Shown: positions 36,601-49,311 of the stretch, one piece after another | Numbering within the stretch: position 1 is the first letter of the stretch | Layout: the number at the start of each line of letters is the position of its first letter | Origin: Hemiscyllium ocellatum | Lineage: Eukaryota | Length of the DNA stretch: 64,000 nt | NCBI RefSeq assembly: GCF_020745735.1 | Contig: NC_083435.1 | Span: forward strand, 36,357,090-36,421,089 | Direction: 5' to 3' | The notes under the pieces: model-generated | The model's database searches: none | What the model saw: only the letters and a program-made list of their open reading frames with translations | Told to the model about the DNA's origin: nothing | Position numbers and translations under genes: made by a program

Positions 36601-39600
36601 CTAGGACCTTACCATTCAGGTATAAGTCCTGCTAAGATTTGCTTTCCCAAAATGCAGCACCTCGCATTTCTCTGAATTAAACTCCATCTGCTACTCCTCA
36701 GCCCTCTTTTTGTCGATTGTATGGAAAGCTCCCCATTACCCTTTCCTTTCACAGTTTATGGGGCCATCTGTCCAATGATCTGCCTGAAGAACATGACTTG
36801 GGTTTTTGTGATCTCACTGTTCACCAGGTTTAACACCAAGCACACCTTCTGAAGTTGATTGAATAATTCTGAGAGATACTCCAAATGATCCTTCCACATG
36901 TGTCTGAAAATGACAAGATCACCCAGTACCTGATGAAGGAGCGGCGCTCCGAAAGTGAGTGTGCTTTACACGCTGTCCAGCCAACTCGCCCACTCTATTT
37001 AATTTCTCCCTAATATTTATCACGTTGTCCAAATATTTCGTCTTTGAACTCTTGACTCTTCAATATTTCCTGAATTAATTTAAATGGTCCTCCCACCTCA
37101 TGTCCGAATATTAATTCAAATGGACTGAATTAAGCTGATTTATTAGGTACATCCCAAATTGCAAAAAAATGTACAAATAGAATTCTGTTCTCCCAGTTGT
37201 GATGACACTGTGGCATTAAGTGATGGATTTTACCCTGGTTTTTATTGAAGAGAGATTTTAAGGCAGAGGTACTGAGCAGTCCAGCTGAGCCGTGAGAGTA
37301 AACAGCTTGTGAGGCCTTGGGGGTTTTATAAGTTGGAATAATAGACACAGCCTGAATGACCCTGTGGGGTCAGGCTCCCACAGACCCAGGATGTTTTATA
37401 TACGTTTCAATAGTTGCTGTTTCGGTGTGAAGACGTGGAACCTCTTTATCCCTCTCTCAGTTCCAGCCAAAAGCTGGGGGTTCTCTTCCTGTTATTGGAG
37501 TTGGATGTGAGACAGTCTGTTCTCTAAATTTACATTTTGCCATGGGTGCATTTATGAGATATCACTCCATTGGAACAGTTAATTAGTAATAGTTATTGCT
37601 TTAATTATCCTATTATATTTTCCAGTAGAGTTGATATTTTGTTGTATTTTAATTACAGTGGATGAATAAAGTGTGTTCTGCTTTAAATCCGGTAGATGGA
37701 CCGATAAAACTGCATCTGGAATGCAGCATCTCATGCTGAGTTTTACAATAAGAAAAAGTTAGTATCTAGACGATCTTCTGAATATGTTGAGGGGGTTTGG
37801 TCGGGTTCTTAACACAATCCCCTGGATGGTCTTGACCGTCTGCCCCCAAGCATAGTTTTTAAATCTCAGTGTTCCCCAACAGGAAACCCTGGATAACTCA
37901 GGATATACAGAACCTGCTAAAAACCGGGTGTGAGGCCTTCACATCAGGAGACCCACTCAAATATAAGGAATCCAATTATGACCCTCACAGAGCCATGAAG
38001 ACAGCCAAGGACCAATACTGATCCAAACTAGAGACCCAGACAGACACCCGACAACTATGGCAAGGACTGAATGACATCACAGTGCAAGATAGCAGATGGT
38101 GACACATCCCTCCCAGATTGTCTCAACACCTTCTGTGCTCGCTTTCGGCAGAATTTCGGTGGAGAGGAAACACCCATTCCAACAAGTCCTGATGACCCTC
38201 TCCCAACAGTCATTGCATCAGAGGTCAGATCAGTTTTCCATTGTGTGAATCCAAGGAAAACGATGGGACCAGACGAAGTACCAGGCCGTGCACTCAGAGC
38301 AACTGACTGAGGTCTTCTCGGACATCTACAACCTCTCCCTGGAGTAGGCCACTGTCCCTGCCTGTTTCAAGAGGGCCAACATCATCCCTGTGCCTAAGAA
38401 CAGTCATGCTGCATGTGTCAATGACAACCGCCCAGTGGCCCTAACTTTGGTGGACATAAAGTGCTTTGAAAGGCTGGTCATGGCATTAATCAACTCCAGC
38501 CTTCCCACAATTCCTGACCCACTCCAATTTGCCTATCAGACCAACAGATCCACATCAGATGCCATATCACTTGCCCTTCACTCCTCCCAAGAACATCTTG
38601 ACACCAAGAACAGCTACGTAAGAATCCTACTCATTGACTACAGTTCAGGTTTCAACACTATCATCCTCTCGAGACTGATGACTAAACTTAGTGATCTCAG
38701 ACTGAGCCCCACTCTCTGCACCTGGATCCTCACTTTCCTGACCCACAGGCCACAATCAGTGAAGATTGGGAACAATATTTCATCCTCACTAACACTCAAC
38801 ACTGGAGTCTGTACTCAGTCCCCTACTGTATACCCATGACTGCGCCATCAAATACCAGGCTAATTCCATTTACAAGTCCACTGATGATACCACCATAGTC
38901 GGCCGAATCTCAGATGGCAATGAAACAGACTACAAATGGGAAAGTGAAGACCTGGAAAATGGTGCACTGAGAACAACCGATTGGTTGCTGGCAATTGCCC
39001 CGCCCCAGCACCACACGCACACACATTAACAGCACAGAGGTGGAACGAGTGGAGAGTGTCAAGCTCCTGGGAGTGACCATCAACAACAAATTTTCTTGGA
39101 CTCTTCGGGTGGACACACTGGTTACAAAGGCCCAACAATGTCTCTTCTTCCTCAGACAGCTGAGGAAATTCAGCATGATGTCCATCTTTTATAAGTGTAC
39201 TAATCAAGAGCATTCTGTCTGGATGTATCACTACCTGGAATGGCAACTGTACCATTCAAGATTGGAGATGGTTACAGAGAGTGGTGAACTCGGCCCGGAC
39301 AATCACAAAGGCCAATCTCCCATCTATAGAATCCATCTACCAGGCCCACTGTCAAGGAAAGGCCGCCAGCATTCTCAAAGATCCATCCCACCCTGGCAAT
39401 GTTTTTCTATAACCTCCTCTACAACCCTCTACCATCGGGGGGAAGGTAGAGAAGCCTGCACACAGGGACCAGCTGGTTACAAAACCGTTTCTACTCTATT
39501 GTTGTTAGAATACTGAATGGACTTACAAACTCTTAACATTCGTCTGTCCCTTTTTTTTCTGTTTTTGCCGCAGTTTACCTATTATTTACTTATCTATGCT

Positions 39601-42224
39601 ACTTAACTCTGTGATCTGCCTGTATTGCTCACAAGGCAAAGCTTTTCACTGTGCCTCGGTACACGGGACAATAAATTCAATTCAATTTAAAGTTTGATGT
39701 AATTGTTCTAATGCTCCCCCATTTCTGGATGGTACACAATTGATTTAAATTATTTAGATGTCTGAGCTCTTTCTAATTTCCTTGAATAACTTTGATGTAA
39801 AATTTGATCCTTGTTCCAATTGCATTTCTACGGGTTGTCTGTAACAATGGAAAAAATATTGAGTAATTCTTCTACACTCCTATCAGCCATGCTATCTCAT
39901 TCTGGAATGGCCTCTGGAAATCTCCGAGACACATCCATTATGGTCAACAAATACTGATCCCTACTTTTTGTTTTAGGGCTGGATCTGATGCAATAATTAA
40001 AACTTTTGTAAAAGGTTCATCAAATGCTGGAATAGGTATGAAAGGTGTTGGTTTTATTAATAAATGAGTTTTCCAATTCTCTGACATGTCTGGCAAAATG
40101 CAATGACATCTTTCTGCAGTCAAGGTCAAGAAAAGTAGACTTCTATTTTTGCTTGAGTTTTCCTTATTCCCAAATGACCTCCTGCTGGTAACTCTCATGG
40201 TGCTACCCACAACACCTCCTTTATATCACACACCAGTAATACAGCCTGATGAGCTCCTGCCCATTTTCACCCACTTGGTCTCCATTTCCTCATCAACACT
40301 TCGTTTTTAAGATAGTGACAATGTGGGATATGTGCACATTTGCCTTTTTGGTTCCACTGTTTTATCTTTCCACTTTTCAATTGTAACTTAGCGAACTTCT
40401 CTGAAGCAGAAAATGCCCACTTTGTTCTTCAACTGTACTTGCTTTTTCTCAACAACTTGAACAAATATAGTTTCCGATAATTGAATTTTAACTTGCTTAT
40501 CTTTTCTCTTTGATCTCTCCTTTTGTTCTACCTGTGGTTTTGTGACCTTGTTATCACACATTCAGGAAAGATTCCAGGATAAACTATTCTGGAACCGAGA
40601 ATTTCTGTTACTCCTCCCATCACTTTCCATCAGACCCTCTAACTTAGCCTTACAAGGAAGAACACTACGTTTCACACCATGAACTCCTCCAATCGAGCAA
40701 TACTCTTTCTAATTACACACCTCCTTATCTCTCCCTAACAAAGATTGATGTGCTTTCGTATCTCTGAAAATCTTAATTTTTTTTCCCACTCCTCTTGGTA
40801 AACATGAGGAAACTTTCCTCACACAAATGTTGCAAAGTTGAGGAGAATACTTGTGGATTGGAAGGCAGGAAGTTAGAATTTGGAGTTTGTAAAATGCTAG
40901 GGGTGGATGGGGGAATGCATTGCATGGTCCCTTTAAAAGATCGTGTGCTTTCTCTATGCTTAGAGATTTAAAATGTATGTCCATGAGCAGCAGCTTGAAA
41001 GTTTGCAAGTACACAGACAGCACCCAAACTGACACATTACATCGAAAGGCCATGCAGATAGCAGGCTAACCACCAGTTTTTTTTTCAATACAACAGGCTT
41101 TTGAATTTAGCCAATTAATTTGAGCAGTGACTTAGATACCAAAAATCTATAAGATTTAAGGCTGATGATTTTAACAACAGAGGACCAATCCTATTGTGTG
41201 AAATATTGATATGTCATTAAGGGGATAAAGGAAGGGGGCAGTTGGTTAAAGACCTCAGAGCTAACTGCCCTCCAGCAGAGCCAACAGCCCTCAGCTCTCA
41301 AGAGAGAATCACTGGCTCTCACAGCCTCATCTATGTCTTAGAGAAACCACCATCAAAATAGAAATGGTACAGCTAGTTAATATTCCTGACTGAAGAATTG
41401 TCGGAGCAGGCACAGAACATTCCAGAAGACACGTAACATGGCTGTAATTTTGAGAGACTAATTTTTTTTATGTATAAGTGGGGCTGTTCTTTATTGGAAC
41501 AACATACAATTAGAACCTTGCTGTAACTGGGAATAGTTAGAAGTTAATTGGGATTTATTCTGCTTGTTAATACTTTAGTTAATTTGTTCACTGTTAGAGT
41601 TAGGTAAATAGATGGTGACGAGTTGGTTTTAAAGTGAGTGTCAGAGATTTATTTTATTGAACCACTTGAAGTTGCTGAGAAGCAGGTTACACCACTCGGC
41701 ACACCCCCTTTTACAGAGTATGAGGTGAGGGGCTCCTCTTTGGGCATTTCGGTTTAGTTCACAGGGCGGGGGTCTCAACCTCCACTTTATAACACAAGGA
41801 AATTCTTCGCAGGTTTAACTCTCTGCTCTTCATCATGAGTTACCAATACTTCACAAAGGGAATTCTTGAACTCCAACAAAGTCGTCTCTCCAAGAGTGTG
41901 ATATGGGTCTGATTTATTTCCTTGACCTTATCCACTTTGCAATGTTACTTTGTTTGATTTTTTCAAACTTTGACCAAGTTCTTCCGTTAGATTTTGAAAC
42001 TGTTTTCTTTCAGCTTCTGGTACAAGTTCATAAGAACATGAGATGGCTGTTTTTAGAATCATAGATTCATAGACTCCCTACAGTGTGGGGACAGGCCATT
42101 TGGCCCAACAAGTCCACCCCGACCCACTGAAGGGTATCCCACAAAGACCCCACACCCCACACCCTGTGTCCTGCCAACGGGAGAAAGGTCAGTTTTCCCT
42201 GTGTCTGTTTCACAGCGAGTAACT

Positions 42225-42286
42225 CAACCTGTCTGTGTCTGATCTCCCTGGGAACTGGTGACAGAACCTGTTCATCTCTTTATTGG
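42225..42286 (+). promoter_or_regulatory. MHC SXY promoter module of class I gene 2
   Basis: CAACCT (42225-42230), CCTGGGAACTGGTGACAG (42247-42264), ATTGG (42282-42286); identical to gene 1. Confidence 0.65.
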
Positions 42287-42489
42287 GTTTTTTACTGAGA
42301 CTGGGACTGAGACTGGTTCGACAGCTTCAAGCTCAGGAAATGATCAAATTACTTTGTCGATCGGGAAATGGCATCATGGTAGAAACAAACTTTTATTTTG
42401 TTTATTTTTCAGTTTGTGAACAGCAGATATTTTCCAATCACTGTTTTATTCCCAGATCCTGATGGGAATAGGGAGAGTGGATTCCCAGA

Positions 42490-42541
42490 ATGTTGCTGAT
42501 CCTTCTCTCCATCTCCCTGTGTTTTTCCCGGGTCTCTCCTG
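42490..42541 (+). CDS. Class I gene 2 leader exon ([18 protein letters not shown])
   Basis: CCT G|ATAAGT: the expected phase-1 donor has AT instead of GT. Confidence 0.72.
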
Positions 42542-45500
42542 ATAAGTACAGAATTCAGCTTTCCATTCTCTCTCTCTCTCTCTCTCTCTGTGTCTGGGGT
42601 GAATGTGAGTCTCTTGGGGAGAGTTTGAAATGAGGGATGTTTGATCAGCCGCCTGTTATACAGCCAGCCTGATCTTTTACACATTGAAGGCAGCACAGTC
42701 TGGGAGACTCTGATGGGATTTGTGTCCAGGTCTCCTGACAGCAGGATGTAGAAACCCCGAGATCAGAGCAGCTCCGAGCAAATGGGAAATGGTTCCAATG
42801 GAGAATTTTAATTTTCACATCGATTGGGAGAAGCCAAACAGCTTCATCATTCCTGGTCTAAAGTCTTGTAACCACTGCGGGGAGGGGAAGGATACTCCAT
42901 GTCTAACCCAGCCCAGGCCCAGCTGTGATGCCCTCTTGGTTGAATAGGCCGGGTTATCTCAGACACCAACATCCTACTGGCCGTGTATAAAGGGCTGATT
43001 AAAAAGCTCAGTGAAGGACAGTGGGGATCCTGCTCTGAATTCTCCATCCCCCTGTTTGACAGAAAGACTGTTCACACAGTGACTGTCCCCCATGGTCTCA
43101 CACTTCATCCTCCCAAATATTCCTGTTTCTCTTCATTTCAGTCCGGATTCATTCACACCACATCTTTTCTGGTTTTGGCAATAAACCACAGAACTGCCCT
43201 TGGGTTGTCCTGAATTCCTCACTCCGGATGCTCCCTGGTCAGGAAGGTTTCCTCAATATCTTTCTTCAATGCATTCTAGGTTATTTGTCCAGGACAATGA
43301 TATACCGGTTGTGTCACAGGTCACTGTTGCAGGTTAGTGAAAGACCCAAGGTTTGTGATCGACTATGTCTGTGCAAGTTGCTATTAAAATTTAGAGATGG
43401 ATGCAATTGTGGTGGGTGTTGCTGGCTGGCTCGCAATTATTACTCATCCTGAGTTGGAGTTATATATCCATCCAATAAAGAAGCGACTCCTCAACCTATC
43501 GAGTCTGTACTGCCAGCAATACACTAAATCTACATTTGTCTGACTTCCAAGTGATCGGCCCGGAACCATGAATGTGCTCATCAAGGGCTCACCTAAATAA
43601 TTTTGATCTGTTGTGACTGTTCCCACCTCAACTCCCCTCCCAGGCTGTGCCAACTCTAGCCCAACTCCCTCTCAGTGAAAAATACTTTTCCTCAAATCCC
43701 TTTGAAACTTCCTGCCTCTCTCGTTAAAATTTTGCCCCCTTGCTATTGACCATTCCAAAGCGAACACATGCCCTTGTGAGGGTGCTGGCGAGCTGTGGGA
43801 TTTGGACACACACCCAGTGCTGCTAAACAGGGAGTTCCAGGATTATGAACCAGCAAATGTTATGGAATGGCAATATATTTCCAAATGATGGTGTGGGGCC
43901 TGGAGGGGAATTTCCAGGGGTTAGTGTACTTTTGCATCTGTTGCTGTTGTCCTCCTCGAAGGTAGATGGTAGATGTCACACTTCATCCTCCCTCTGCTGT
44001 CAGAGAAGTTGTGTTAAGTTTCTGCAGTGAATCTTGGAGATGGTACACACTGCTGTGCATTGGTTTAAATAAAGAATGAATGATGACATTGCTAGTTTTT
44101 GGGGAATGAAGAGGTGAATTACTTACTGCAGAATTCCTAAAATCTGACCTGCTCTTGCTTACAGTAACATGGTTAATCCACTTCAGTTTCTGAACAATTC
44201 AGTGATGGTAACACCATTGAATATTAAAGGGATGCATTGCATTCTCACCTATTTCAGTTGGTCAGTACATGAGACCTGTGTTTGGTTCCAATATAACTTG
44301 CTACTTACCAGCCAAAGCCTGAATATTATCCAGGTGTTGCTCCATTTGGAAATGGGCTGTTTCAATATTTGAGGAGTCGGAACAATGCTGAACGTTGTGC
44401 CATCATCGGCAAACATTCTTATTTCTGACATTATAATGGAGGGAAATTGCCTGAGAAGCTGCTGTCAAGATGTCCTGGAGCTGCGATACCTGACCTCCAA
44501 CAATTGCAACCATTTTCCCATGTGCCAACCAACAGAAAGCTGATTCCCATTGATTCCAGTTTTGCTGGGCTCCTTGATGCCACACTCGGTCAAATGTGAT
44601 ACTGATATCAAGGGCTGTCTCTCTCACCTCACTGCTGGAATCAGCTGTTTTCTCCATGTTTGAACCAAGGCTGTAATGTGGTCCTGGGGGAAGCTAAACC
44701 TGACGTCACTGAGCAGGTTATTGCTGTTTGATGTCACTGTTGGTGACACTATCCACCAGTTTATTGATGATCGAGAACAGGCTGTGGGGTGGTTAATTCA
44801 CTGGGTTGGATTTGTCCTGCTTTTTTGTGTACAGGTCATACCTGAGCAATTTTCCACATTGTCACGTTGAGGCTGGTGTTGGAGCTGTACTGGAGCATCT
44901 TGGTTAGGTGTGTAGGAATTTCGGGGGCATAAGTCTTCAATACTGTGTAAATGTTTATTAACCCCTTCTTTAACTGATATTTGCAGACACCCACTCACTG
45001 ACTGTGATCTACACGGCAGTCTCTGGCATTAAGGATTTTCCGGAGGTGACTAACATTGCGATAGTCAATGGAGTTCAACTCAATTACCATGACACTAATG
45101 TTCGTCGGATGGTCCCCAGACAGCAGTTCATGGTGGACTATTTTGATGCAGAATACTGGGAATATCTCACAGGTCTCGGGAATACACGATCAGACATGGC
45201 AAAGGAGAATCTGAATACAATGATGCAAAGTACAAACCGGACATCTGGTAAGGTCAGTGATATGGAATTTCATAGAATCTCTACAATGTGGAAGCAGGCC
45301 ACTTGAGTCCATATTGACTCTCCAAAGAACACCCCACCCACTCCATTCCTGTAACTCCACATTTTTCATGGCTAACCCACTGAGCCTGCACGTCCTGAGA
45401 CATTATGGGTAATTTAGCATGGTCAATCCACTAACCTGCATATCATTGGACTGTGGGAAGAAACTGGAGCACCCAGAGAATGCAGACACAGGGAGAATGT

Positions 45501-48500
45501 GTAAACTCCATATGGACAGTCACCTGAGGCGAGGATTGAACCTGGGTCCCTGATGCTGTGAGTCAACAGTGCTCACCACTGAGCTGCTGGGCTTCCATTT
45601 CTCCAATTCGGATTATTTTCTCACTCTGTCTGATCTCTCTCTCTGTGTAAGAAATAGGAACAGGAGCAGGCCATTCGAATTGTCCAACCTGCTCACTCAT
45701 TCAATAGGATCATGGCTGATCCGACATTCCTCACATTCACTTTGCTTTCTCCGCAAACTCACGATTCCCCGATCGATCCAAAATTCTCCGTCTCAGCCTT
45801 AAAATATGATTGGACTGGGGTGGACAAAGTTACGTGGCACCAGGCCACAGTTCAGCAGGTTTATCTAGAATCACAATTTGAATTTTTACCTGATGAGGGA
45901 GCAACGCTTCGAAAGCTTGTGATTTCAAATAAACCTGCTGGACCATAACCTGGTGTCATGTGACCTCTGACCTTAGCCTTAATCGCGCACAAGGATGTGT
46001 TCCCCACAGCTCTCTCTGGCAAGGACTATCAATCCTCCTCATCTCCTCCTCATCTCAGTTTTAAATGGGCACCCCTTTATTCTGAGTCTGTGCCCACTGA
46101 GCCTAGACTCTCCCATGAAGAAAAACATCCTCTCAGCATTTATCCTGTCCAGCCCCGTCAGAATTTGATATGTTTCAATGGGATCACCTCTCATCCTTCG
46201 AAACTCCAGTAAATAGACTCCCATACAAAGAACAAAGAAAATTTACAGCCCAGGAACAGGCCCATCGGCATTCTAAGCCTGATCCAAATGTACTGTCTAA
46301 ACCTGTCGGTCAATTCCTAAGCATCTGTATCCCTCTGCTCTCCAACTACTCATGCATCTGTCCAGACGGATCTTAACTGAATCTACTGTGCCTGCCTCTA
46401 TGCTGGCAATGCACTCCAAATACCCACCACTCTCTGTGTGATGTACTTGCCACGTGTACCCCCTTAAACTTTCCAGCTCTCAGTGTGACCTCTCGTTACT
46501 GAATCCTTCTCCCTGGGAAAAAGCTTGTCTCTATCCACCCTGTTTATATCCTTTATAATTTTATAAACCTCAACCAGGTCCCCCCTCAATCTCCTTTTTT
46601 CTAATGAAAATAAACCTAACCTACTCAGCCTTTCTTCATAGCTAGCACCTTCCATACCAGGCAACCCTCTGCACCCTCTCCAAAGTGTCCACATCCTTTT
46701 GGTAATGTGGCGACCAGAACTGTACACAGTATTCTAAATGTGGCTGAACCAATGTCGTGTACAATTTTAACATGACCTGCCAGCTCTTATACTCAATACC
46801 CCATCCAATGAAGGCAAGCCTTCTTGACTACTCTATCCACCTGTGCAGCAACCTTCAGGGTACAATGGACCTGCACTCCCAGATCTCTCTGCCCATCAAC
46901 TTTTCCCAAGGCTTTTCCATTCATTGTATAATTCACTCTAGAATTAGTCTTGTCTAAATGCATCACCTCATATTGTCTGGATTGAAATCCATCTGCCACT
47001 TTTCCGCCCAACTCTCCAGTCTATCTATATCCTCCTGTATTCTCTGACAGTCCCTTATGCTTTCTGCTACTCCACCAATCTTTGTGTCATCTACAAACTT
47101 GCTGATCATTCCAACAGTGCTCTCTTCCAGATCATTTATGTAGATTACAAACAATAGTGGCCCCAACACTGACCCCTGTGAAACACCACCGGTCACCTTT
47201 CTCCACCTTTCGAGAAACTCCCTTCAACTGCTACTCTCTGTCTGCTGTTGCTCAACCAGTTTCTTAACCACCTAGCTAGAACACCCTGCACACCATGTGA
47301 CTTCACTTTCTCCATCAGTCTCCCATGGGGAACCTTATCAAATGCCTTTCTAAAGTCCATGTATATGACATCAACAGCCCTTCCTTCATCTCTCAACTTG
47401 GTCAGTATTGTTTAGCCTTTGCTCATATGACAATCCCTCCACACCAGGGATCCTCCTAGTGAATCTTCTCTGAACTGCCTGGAATGAAATATTATTTTTC
47501 CTTAAATAAGAGAATAAAACTGCTCTCAGTACTGCAGATGTGGTCTCACCAGCATCTTATATTAATTAATATAATAATTAATACCATTATATTAAGACTT
47601 CCCTACACTTATACTCTAACCCCTTGAAACAAGGGACAACAGTTCATGCCCCTTCCTGGTTACCTGCTGCCCTTGTGTGCTAGCTTTCTGTGTTTCCTGT
47701 ATAAATTCCTTTTTATTTCAGCTTTTCTCCAGTTTCAATGAGACTCTGTTCTCCCTGTCTCCTTCTGAGCTTCCTACTCCATTCCCCAGGGTTCAGGGTC
47801 ACTCACTGAAGGGTAGTGTTGTCTATGGTGCAGATGGTGTCCCTCTGGGTTCTGCATCAGAAGGTTGTAGGTACAAAGCCCCACTCCAGGGCATAAACCC
47901 AGCAATTACACTGAACATGCCAGTTCAGGCTTTACAGAATGCTGTGCTGTTGAAGTTGCTGTCTGTCAGATGAGATGCTGAACAGACTCTCCGTTGGCTT
48001 TATGTAGATGAAGAGCAGGGAAGTTATCCCCAACACCCTGGTCAGTATCAAACTTCAGTTTTCATCATTTGGAAGTTTGTAGGAGCCTTCCTGTGTGCAA
48101 ATTGTCTCCCACATTGCCTCCTTTTAAAACAATTACTAAAGGTAATGAATTACATCACACTTCAGCATTCCTAGAGATCAAGAAACTTGCTTTTTAAAAA
48201 CAAGTCTAATTTTATTCTTTTTCTTTCCAATGAGTGACAGGCAGTGCCCTGGCCTGAGTTATACTGTTCCCTGTAACATTTCAGCATTCCTTATGGAGTA
48301 CAATTTGAACAGGAGATTTGCAGAGTGTTACTCTATTTCTTTTCCCTATTCTGACTGAGGTATTTATAAAGTTGCGTCACACTAATGAAGATCAAGAGAT
48401 GGTTCATGATTGAGTGAGTGATCTACTCAGTCCATCCCCCACCACTAACCTCTGGGTCACTCCACTCAGTCCATCCCCAGCACTGATCCCTGATTCTACC

Positions 48501-49274
48501 TGACGCTAGATTGTGTTTCCCCTCTGATCAGAGTGATTGTCATTTTATGCAAAAAATTAAATACTATTTCCTGTTTGATCACCGATAGGAATTCATGTGT
48601 TTCAATGGATAGCAATTGCCGAGATCACTGATGACGGCTCTATTAAGAGATCGATGCGAGTTGGATTTGATGGAGAGGATTACCTCAGCTTAGAAGCAGA
48701 TAGAATGAGATGGATTGCAACCAATCACAATGCAGTAAAGACCAAAGAGAAATGGAATGCTGATGAATCCTGGAACAAATATTGGGAAACACATCTCAAG
48801 CAAGGATTTGTTCAAAATTTAAAGAGATATTTGCAAGCTGGAAAGCAGTATTTTGGAAGGAAAGGTATATATTTCAGTTTTGATCCCATGTTCTGATCTA
48901 ACCTCACTGATCTATGAAACCGTTCTCCCATTCCATTCAGTGTCTGTCTATTGTTTGTGTTTTCACCCTTTCCCATCACAGTTCAGCCTGAAGTGTTCAT
49001 CTCCAGGAGGGAGCCCAATGGTCAGGACAAGCCGCTCACTCTCTCCTGCCTGGTCACTGGGTTTTATCCTGCAGACATCGAGGTGACCTGGCTAAGGAAT
49101 GGAGAGGTCATGTCTGAGACCCAATCCTCAGGGGTTCGACCGAACCACGATGGGACCCATCAAATCCAGAAAGAGATTGAGATCAATGCTGGGGATGAGG
49201 ATCAATACTCCTGTCAAATTGAACACAGCAGCCTGGCAGAGGGCAAGCTCTATCAGTGGGGTAAGGGACTGGAG

Positions 49275-49311
<37 letters not shown>

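Larger units (their letters stand above)
29981..43140 (+). repeat. Segmental duplication, copy B (upstream region, promoter and leader of class I gene 2)
   Basis: Colinear copy of 4032-17175. It contains the duplicated Penelope hairpin (31315-31596), SINEs (~32170-32520 and ~35478-35800), orphan leader (32581-32632, -), CR1 (~35890-36702), Gypsy relics (~37010-37813 and 39688-41794) and Rex1 (~37860-39687). Confidence 0.95.

Noticed and set aside
4032-43140. The 13-kb duplication as a false (haplotype) duplication
   Set aside because: The two copies lead into very different genes, have independent indels on both sides and have different left flanks. It is not formally excluded without reads.
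17762-49260. Assigning a lineage symbol (UEA, UCA, UDA, CD1/UFA)
   Set aside because: The multigene arrangement and lost anchors fit UEA-like genes, but assignment needs a phylogeny that I cannot run.
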